Assembly (NCBI GenBank): GCA_947303395.1
Contig: CAMYYD010000002.1
Coordinates: forward strand, 16,142 to 80,141
DNA: 64,000 bases
Direction of reading: 5' to 3'
DNA from: an uncultured Bacteroidales bacterium
Lineage (GTDB): Bacteria > Bacteroidota > Bacteroidia > Bacteroidales > F082
Below are positions 57,548 to 64,000 of this stretch, in pieces. Position numbers and translations under genes: made by a program. The notes beneath the pieces are model-generated. The model made no database searches and was not told the DNA's origin. It saw only the letters and a program-made list of their open reading frames with translations. Within the stretch, counting starts at the first letter, position 1; each line of letters opens with the position of its first letter.

Positions 57548-58567
57548 ATGAAAAGAGCAAACGTTTTATTAATCGCTGCTGCCGCATTCATGATGATGTC
57601 ATGCGGACAGCAAACCACAAACACCCAGCAGCAGGTAACGATGGAGAACCCGAAAGTGACCGTAGCAACAGTAAATGCTGAGTATGTATCACAGCTTCAG
57701 GTCTATCCGACAACCATCGAGGCCGACATCGTGAACAATATCGCGCCACAATCGGCAGCCCGTATCAGCAAGATTTATGTTGAAATCGGCGACAAAGTCG
57801 AAGTTGGCAAGACACTCGCTTTGATGGATGAGGTAAATCTTGAAAAATCCAGACTTCAGCTCATCAACGACTCCATCGAATTCGGCCGCATTGAGCAGCT
57901 GCATAAGATTGGCGCCACCTCCCAGTCGGATTACGAGGCAATGACGCTGAAATATGACGTTTCAAAGAAAACTTATAAGAATCTTCTGGAAAACACAGTG
58001 CTGAAAAGCCCAATCAGCGGAATCGTGACAGCTCGTAACTACGACGAAGGTGACATGTACGCAATGGCTCAGCCGCTCTTTGTAATCCAGAAAATCAACC
58101 CGGTGAAGATGCTCATCAACATCTCGGAAAGCAAATATTCACAGATTAAGAAAGGCATGGAAGTCGACATCACCACCGACGCTTATGGCGATCAGGTATT
58201 TAAAGGCGTGGTCGACCTCATCTACCCTACCATCAACTCGATGACACACACTTTCCCTGTTGAAGTGAAGTTCGCAAACAATGATTTAACCTTGCGTCCT
58301 GGCATGTTCGCTCGCGTAACCGTCAACTATGGCGACAACTTCCGCGTTGTCATCCCTGACAGAGCCGTTATGAAACAAGTAGGCTCAGGCGAACAATATG
58401 TCTACGTCCTTAACGCCGACGGCACAGTTACTTACACCGTCGTTGAACTCGGTCGCCGTATGGGCAACAGATACGAAGTCATCAGCGGATTGGACGACAA
58501 CGCCACCGTCGTGCTGACAGGCCAGACAAAACTTAAGAACGGAATCACCGTCGACGTAGTGAAATAA
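57548..58567 (+). CDS. Efflux RND periplasmic adaptor (operon 2)
   Basis: 339 aa with lipobox MMMSCG and the lipoyl/hairpin/barrel pattern. Confidence 0.9.
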   Translation: MKRANVLLIAAAAFMMMSCGQQTTNTQQQVTMENPKVTVATVNAEYVSQLQVYPTTIEADIVNNIAPQSAARISKIYVEIGDKVEVGKTLALMDEVNLEKSRLQLINDSIEFGRIEQLHKIGATSQSDYEAMTLKYDVSKKTYKNLLENTVLKSPISGIVTARNYDEGDMYAMAQPLFVIQKINPVKMLINISESKYSQIKKGMEVDITTDAYGDQVFKGVVDLIYPTINSMTHTFPVEVKFANNDLTLRPGMFARVTVNYGDNFRVVIPDRAVMKQVGSGEQYVYVLNADGTVTYTVVELGRRMGNRYEVISGLDDNATVVLTGQTKLKNGITVDVVK

Positions 58568-58588
58568 TCTTGTAAAATACTGAGAATC

Positions 58589-61500
58589 ATGAGTTTATAT
58601 AGAACATCAGTAAATCATCCGGTCACGGTATCGTTGATTTTCATCACGGTAGCGATTCTGGGTGTTTTCGCACTGAGCAAGTTGTCGATCAACCTCTTCC
58701 CTGACATGGGAACGAACTCCATCATGGTGATGACATCATATTCAGGAGCCAGTGCGGAGGATATCGAGACAAATATCACCAAGACTTTGGAAAACACCTT
58801 GAACGGCGTGAGCGACCTCAAACACCTCTCGTCGTCATCAAAGGAAAACGTATCAGTCATCACACTTCAATTTGAATATGGCATTGATATTGAGGAGGCT
58901 ACAAACAACGTGCGCGACAAACTCGACATGGTAAAACAGGTGCTTCCCGACGGTGCTGGAAACCCTACCATCTTCAAATTCAGCATGGAGGATATCCCGA
59001 TTATGTTCCTCTCAGTCACTGCTGAAGAAAGTCTTTCGGGTCTTGACAAAATACTCGACGACAAGGTAGCTACGCCATTGGCACGTGTCTCAGGCGTTGG
59101 TACAGTGTCAGTTTCAGGTGCACCGAAACGTGAGATTCAGGTCTTCGTCGACCCTAACAAACTCGAGGCATACAACCTCACAGTTGAGCAGATTTCACAG
59201 GCATTGGCATACGAAAACCGCAACACACCTGCAGGAAACATTGACATCGGATCAAACACTTACGCCGTACGCGTTGAGAAAGAGTTCAAGTCGGCAAAAG
59301 AGATGCTCGACGTTGTTGTCGGCACATTCCAAGGCACCCCGATTTATCTGAAAGACGTGGCCAGAGTGAATGACGGCGAGCAAGAACGTCTGCAAAAAGT
59401 GTTCTCCAACGGCATCCAAGGCGCAATGATCACAATTCAGAAACAGTCAGATGCCAACTCAGTCCAAGTTTCAAAAGGTGTTAAGAAAGAACTGGCAAGA
59501 ATCGAGAAGACTCTGCCTTCAGACGTGCAAATCAACATGATCAACGACACCAGCGACAGCATTATCAACACCATCAACTCGTTGAAAGAGACCATCTTCA
59601 TCACTTTTATGGTTGTTATGCTGGTGGTCTTCATATTCCTCGGCAGATGGAGAGCGACAATCATCATCGTGTTGTCTATCCCGATTTCGTTGGTAGCATC
59701 CGTCGTTTATCTTTTCGCGACAGGTAACACATTGAATATCATATCGATGAGTGCTCTTACCATTGCTATCGGTATGGTTGTCGACGATGCTATTGTGGTT
59801 TTGGAGAATATCACATCACATATCGACCGAGGCGCAAAACCAAAAGAAGCCGCTGTGCATGCCACGCAGGAAGTGTCAATTTCCGTTATTGCCTCTACCC
59901 TCACCATGTTGGCGGTGTTCTTGCCTCTCACTATGGTTAACGGCGCCGTCGGCGTGTTCTTCCACCAACTTGGCTGGATCGTGAGTATCATCATGATCGT
60001 GTCAACATCGGCTGCTTTGACTTTGGTGCCGATGATGTGCTCGAAGATGCTGAAAAGAAATCCTCGCTCACACGCATGGCATCGCATCGTGTTTACACCT
60101 ATCAACAAAGGTCTCGATGCACTCAGCCGCGGTTATGGCCGCCTCATCAACTGGGCAGTAACACACAGAGCCTTGACTCTCCTCATCGCCATCGTGGTCT
60201 TTGCAGTGACTCTCATCACCACCTTGCCAAGCATGAAAACCGAATACATGCCGAGCATGGACCAAGGCCGTCTGACCGTCAACATCGAGTTACCCGTTGG
60301 TACTCAAGAAGATATCACAGGACAGCTTGGCGCTGAACTTGCCGACAAATACATGCAAGAGATTCCTGAAATCAAAGTGATGAACTACCGCTACGGTGTC
60401 GCTGACGAAGACAACGCCTTCGCTTCGATGCAGAGCAACGGTACACACATCCTCACCATGAACCTCAACCTCGGCAGCAAGGAGATTCGTAAAAGAAGCA
60501 CACAAGAGATTGCGGAACAGATTCGTAAAGACTTGAAAGACAACGCTTTAATCAAGAAATACAACGTTTCGGAAGGTATGGGCATGGGCTCGACCACAAG
60601 CGTAAAACTCGAGATTTACGGCTACGATTTCATCACTTCCGACAGAATTGCAAAGGATATCGCCGCCGAGATGCGCGAACGTCAAGAAATTTCGCAGGTT
60701 CTCATCAGCCGCGACGAATACACGCCTGAAATTCATGTCGACTTCGACCGCGAGAAGCTGATGCTCAACGGAATCAACATCACAACAGCATCGCAATACG
60801 TCAGAAACCGCATCAACGGTTCAATCATGACATTCTTCCGCGAAGACGGCGACGAATACAACATCCGTGTGCGTTACGCTCCTGAGTTCCGCAAAGGCTA
60901 TGAAGACATTGAAAACATTGTACTTTACGGCTCTTCAGGACAGGCAGTACGCCTCAGTGAGGTAGCAAAAATCGTGGAAGGCCGCACCCCTCCTACTATT
61001 GAGCGTAAAGACCGTGAGCGTATCATCACCATCACAGGTATCGTTTCGAAAGGCTACGCTTTGAGCGATGCGGTGGCAGTTTGCGAACAGTGCATCGACG
61101 ATGCCGAGATTCCTGCCGAGTTTATGGCAAAAATCGCCGGTGACTATGAGGATCAGCAAGATGCGTTTAAAGATATGTTCACGCTCATCTTATTGATTAT
61201 CATCCTCGTTTATGTGGTGATGGCCTCACAGTTTGAATCGCTCCTCGACCCGTTCGTCATCATGTTCTCAGTCCCATTTGCCGTCACCGGCGTGCTCATC
61301 GGATTGAAAGTTCACGGAATGGCTCTCGGCGTTATGGCTCTCATAGGTCTTATGATTCTTATGGGTATCGTGGTGAAAAACGGTATCGTGCTTATCGACT
61401 ACACAAGATTATGTCTCGAACGCGGCATGGGTGTAAACGAATCAGTGGTCACCGCATCACGCCAACGTCTCCGCCCTATCCTAATGACAACACTCACCAC

Positions 61501-61690
61501 CGTGCTCGGTATGATCCCAATGGCTATCGGCACAGGCGAAGGCGCTGAGATGTGGAACGGACTCGGCGTGGTCGTCGCATGGGGTCTTTCGGTGTCAACA
61601 CTCATCACCCTCGTGCTTATCCCGACACTGTATGCGGTGTTCATCTCAAGAAGAATTAAACGTAAGGAAAGAAAACTTGCAAGAATATGA
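58589..61690 (+). CDS. Efflux RND transporter permease (operon 2)
   Basis: 1033 aa with the AcrB-like layout. TM4 region AIGMVVDDAIVVLENI and the C-terminal repeat GIVVKNGIVLIDY. Confidence 0.93.
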   Translation: MSLYRTSVNHPVTVSLIFITVAILGVFALSKLSINLFPDMGTNSIMVMTSYSGASAEDIETNITKTLENTLNGVSDLKHLSSSSKENVSVITLQFEYGIDIEEATNNVRDKLDMVKQVLPDGAGNPTIFKFSMEDIPIMFLSVTAEESLSGLDKILDDKVATPLARVSGVGTVSVSGAPKREIQVFVDPNKLEAYNLTVEQISQALAYENRNTPAGNIDIGSNTYAVRVEKEFKSAKEMLDVVVGTFQGTPIYLKDVARVNDGEQERLQKVFSNGIQGAMITIQKQSDANSVQVSKGVKKELARIEKTLPSDVQINMINDTSDSIINTINSLKETIFITFMVVMLVVFIFLGRWRATIIIVLSIPISLVASVVYLFATGNTLNIISMSALTIAIGMVVDDAIVVLENITSHIDRGAKPKEAAVHATQEVSISVIASTLTMLAVFLPLTMVNGAVGVFFHQLGWIVSIIMIVSTSAALTLVPMMCSKMLKRNPRSHAWHRIVFTPINKGLDALSRGYGRLINWAVTHRALTLLIAIVVFAVTLITTLPSMKTEYMPSMDQGRLTVNIELPVGTQEDITGQLGAELADKYMQEIPEIKVMNYRYGVADEDNAFASMQSNGTHILTMNLNLGSKEIRKRSTQEIAEQIRKDLKDNALIKKYNVSEGMGMGSTTSVKLEIYGYDFITSDRIAKDIAAEMRERQEISQVLISRDEYTPEIHVDFDREKLMLNGINITTASQYVRNRINGSIMTFFREDGDEYNIRVRYAPEFRKGYEDIENIVLYGSSGQAVRLSEVAKIVEGRTPPTIERKDRERIITITGIVSKGYALSDAVAVCEQCIDDAEIPAEFMAKIAGDYEDQQDAFKDMFTLILLIIILVYVVMASQFESLLDPFVIMFSVPFAVTGVLIGLKVHGMALGVMALIGLMILMGIVVKNGIVLIDYTRLCLERGMGVNESVVTASRQRLRPILMTTLTTVLGMIPMAIGTGEGAEMWNGLGVVVAWGLSVSTLITLVLIPTLYAVFISRRIKRKERKLARI

Positions 61691-61980
61691 CAGCAATATT
61701 CATAGCCTATAATCAGGCATATTACGAAGAAATCTCCGAACTCCTTGAAAAACAGGGAGTTCGCGGATTCACTCGTTGGAACGAAATAACAGGACGTGGC
61801 TCTGAAACGGGTGAAGCTCATTATGGCACCCACACTTGGCCAACATTCAATGATGCCATCCTCACCTTCGTCGACGACGAAAAAGTGGACAGCATCATGA
61901 ATATTTTGCATGAACACGACCTTCAGACTCCGGAATTAGGACTGAGGGCGTTCTCTTGGAAAATCGATAAAACTATCTAA
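61687..61980 (+). CDS. Small transporter-associated protein, P-II/CutA-like fold (PG0541-family-like)
   Basis: 97 aa, with an ATGA overlap to the RND permease stop. The beta-alpha-beta pattern (AIFIAYNQAYYEEISELLEKQGVRGFTRW) resembles P-II-like proteins. The family name is from memory. Confidence 0.5.
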   Translation: MTAIFIAYNQAYYEEISELLEKQGVRGFTRWNEITGRGSETGEAHYGTHTWPTFNDAILTFVDDEKVDSIMNILHEHDLQTPELGLRAFSWKIDKTI

Positions 61981-63094
61981 GTATAAATCTGTAGACACAA
62001 GTGTGATGATATTCTTCACCTGGACGTAAGACTGCGCTCGGGAAGTTCGTCTGATTAGGTGCATCTGGGAATAATTGTGTCTCAAGAGCAAACGACTCGT
62101 GTTTGAGCAATGGTTTGCCATATTTTCCTGTCGATTTGCCATCAAAGAAATTGCCGCTGTAGAACTGCATTCCAGGCTGGTCAGTCGACACCTCCATCAG
62201 CCTGCCTGATGTCTTTTCATAAACAACAGCAGCCAGACCCATCTTACCGATAGGCTTATTCAAAACCCAGTTGAAATCATAGCCACCGCCATTGGCCATC
62301 TGCGGATGATATTTCTCGATATCTCTGCCAATCTCCTTCGCCTCCATGAAATCCATCGGAGTGTTTTTAACAGAAATGAAATTGCCAGTAGGAATGAGAT
62401 GTTCGTCAATCACAGTGATAAGCTTTCCATTGATCATCAACTCATTGTCAAGAATTGTACCATTGCCCTCGCCTTTCAGGTTAAAGAATGAGTGATGTGA
62501 AAGATTACACACCGTAGGAGCGTCTGTAGTAGCCAGATAATCAACGCGGAACTCATTATTTTGAGTCAATGTGTAAGTCATGGTGATGTCAAGATTTCCT
62601 GGGAAACCGTCCATTCCGTCAGGTAACACGACATGCAAAACAATAGCAGAATCGCTCACCGACTGCACATCCCAAACCACTCTGTCAACACCAAACTCGC
62701 CACCATGAAGAGTGTTGCCGTTATCATTTTTGTAAAGCTCATATTTCTTGCCGTCAAGCGTAAACTCGCCATGTCCGATACGGTTTGCATAACGTCCGAC
62801 CACTGCACCAAGATATCTTTCACCTTTATTATTAATATAACGGTCGATATTGTCATAACCCAACACGATATCATCGTAATTACCTTTCAAATCAGGAACC
62901 CACAGCGACACAACACGACCGCCATAGTTTGTCACCTGCATGGTAAGATTTCCGTTTTTTAAAGTGTAAAGCGACACTTTTTTGCCATCAACTTCAGTAT
63001 TAAAATCATTGACATTCATAAGATTAACCTCTCTTTTCTTAGTACATCCGATTAAAATCAATGCGCTGAGCGCTAAAATCAAAAGTTTTCTCAT
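61973..63094 (-). CDS. galM: Aldose 1-epimerase (galactose mutarotase), lipoprotein
   Basis: 373 aa from the ATG at 63094 (MRKLLILALSALILIGC); the ORF-track start at 63103 is a TTG. Motifs GRYANRI, NTLHGG, NLSHHSFFNL and FALETQLFPD. Confidence 0.9.
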   Translation of the reverse strand: MRKLLILALSALILIGCTKKREVNLMNVNDFNTEVDGKKVSLYTLKNGNLTMQVTNYGGRVVSLWVPDLKGNYDDIVLGYDNIDRYINNKGERYLGAVVGRYANRIGHGEFTLDGKKYELYKNDNGNTLHGGEFGVDRVVWDVQSVSDSAIVLHVVLPDGMDGFPGNLDITMTYTLTQNNEFRVDYLATTDAPTVCNLSHHSFFNLKGEGNGTILDNELMINGKLITVIDEHLIPTGNFISVKNTPMDFMEAKEIGRDIEKYHPQMANGGGYDFNWVLNKPIGKMGLAAVVYEKTSGRLMEVSTDQPGMQFYSGNFFDGKSTGKYGKPLLKHESFALETQLFPDAPNQTNFPSAVLRPGEEYHHTCVYRFILR

Positions 63095-63113
63095 ATTTTT
63101 CAAAATTATAACG

Positions 63114-63161
63114 CAAAATTATAAAATATTTCTGACATATACTGATTTTTTAGTAATTTTG
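63114..63161. promoter_or_regulatory. Divergent -7 boxes: complement of 63114-63121 (TAATTTTG, galM) and 63154-63161 (TAATTTTG, sensor gene)
   Basis: TAnnTTTG matches 20 nt and 5 nt from the respective ATGs. Confidence 0.45.
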
Positions 63162-63166
63162 TGACG

Positions 63167-64000
63167 ATGAGAGAATTAAAATTCATAGGCAAACATTACG
63201 AGAGTCGCGTCCGATGGGAAGCCGTGGTGATATACGTCATGTCGATCATCATCTGCGCCTTCATGATTTATTACATCACTAATCTCAAGAAATCAATTCT
63301 GAATCAACGAGTTGCAATTGACAGGAATGAAATGGTTCTTAACTTCACCAACGAACTGATTCAAAATGTCAACGAGGCTCAGTCGCATGCCCAACTCTAC
63401 ACAATATCAGGAAATCCCGAGCATCTGATACAATTCAACGAGAATCTTCAACGAACAGCCGCAATCAAGGATTCAATCATTTTTTATTCAGAAAACGACA
63501 TAAAAAACGAGAAACTTCTCAACGACATTGTTGATTTATTGAATCGTAAAGAAAACATTATCAAGGATATAACTCATCAATACGACATTTTCAATCCTTA
63601 CGATGAAATCTACAAGATTCTCATGAATTACAAGCCGAAAGAGAAAACCACAAGAATCGTTGCGGTCTCAAAACAAGATACAATCGTCAAAAAAGGCGAA
63701 AAGCAAGGCTTCTTCCAGCGTGTTTTCTCATCTGAGACTCCTCGCGACAGTGTTATTTTGGTAACTACAACCACCTACGACACCATCACCGAGGAAACGC
63801 CAGCCAGTAGAATCGACCTGATGGAAGGCATCAAAATCTATACCGACAAGGGCAAACAAGAGTATCTTGAGCGACTGCAAACAATTGAAAATCAATATCA
63901 AAGCTTTATTCAATCAGATCAAGAGATTTCCGAGGAAATTTCCGACCTGCTTATCGTCCTTCATAAACAAACGCTGACATCAGTGATGCTGGCAATCCAA
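63167..64000 (+). CDS. N-terminal part of a membrane sensor protein (CHASE3-like sensing region, probably a histidine kinase); continues past the window
   Basis: My hand translation gives 278 open codons from the ATG at 63167: one TM (AVVIYVMSIIICAFMIYYI), then a helical region with EAQSHAQLYTISGNPEHLIQFNENL resembling CHASE3. No kinase domain lies inside the window. Confidence 0.45.
   Translation, partial: MRELKFIGKHYESRVRWEAVVIYVMSIIICAFMIYYITNLKKSILNQRVAIDRNEMVLNFTNELIQNVNEAQSHAQLYTISGNPEHLIQFNENLQRTAAIKDSIIFYSENDIKNEKLLNDIVDLLNRKENIIKDITHQYDIFNPYDEIYKILMNYKPKEKTTRIVAVSKQDTIVKKGEKQGFFQRVFSSETPRDSVILVTTTTYDTITEETPASRIDLMEGIKIYTDKGKQEYLERLQTIENQYQSFIQSDQEISEEISDLLIVLHKQTLTSVMLAIQ

Noticed and set aside
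1-64000. Mobile elements, genomic-island borders, integrases, transposases, tRNA/rRNA genes and CRISPR-Cas.
   Set aside because: None of the ORFs carries recognisable integrase, transposase or Cas motifs. No long direct or inverted terminal repeats were noticed by eye. The window reads as core chromosome apart from small lower-GC patches.

Overview
This window looks like a chromosomal segment of a Bacteroidota (Bacteroidales-like) genome. Three things support that: many TAnnTTTG -7 promoter boxes sit just upstream of starts, Rho carries a large low-complexity insertion, and the primary sigma factor is short (289 aa). Coding density is high, with about 57 CDS and frequent 1-4 nt start/stop overlaps. 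I found no rRNA, tRNA, CRISPR array, transposase or integrase.

Most genes are housekeeping: rho, rlmD, aroK, yidC, rpoD, dapF, mltG, recR, glmM, aroE, tex, smpB, trkH and galM. There are also two tripartite RND efflux operons (5610-11200 on the minus strand, 56180-61980 on the plus strand).

The most distinctive block is a minus-strand lysine fermentation operon (21970 down to 13357): CoA-transferase A subunit, kal, kce, kdd, kamA, a small membrane ORF, kamB-like, kamC-like (MutS-type ATPase) and kamD. Its oddities:
- The obligate partner subunits KamE and CoA-transferase B are absent from the window.
- The kamD stop overlaps the start of a prolyl oligopeptidase gene.
- The whole kdd-kamA spacer is a 7-nt tandem-repeat palindrome with stop codons in all six frames.

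Other notable items are a lipoprotein that fuses an M49 dipeptidyl-peptidase III to a complete nicotinamidase (PncA) domain, a short M64 peptidase plus XRE regulator packed directly behind rho, and a TCACAGAT repeat array upstream of aroK.

I see no convincing defence system or mobile element. The novelty claims here are modest and rest on reading the sequence by eye, without database searches.
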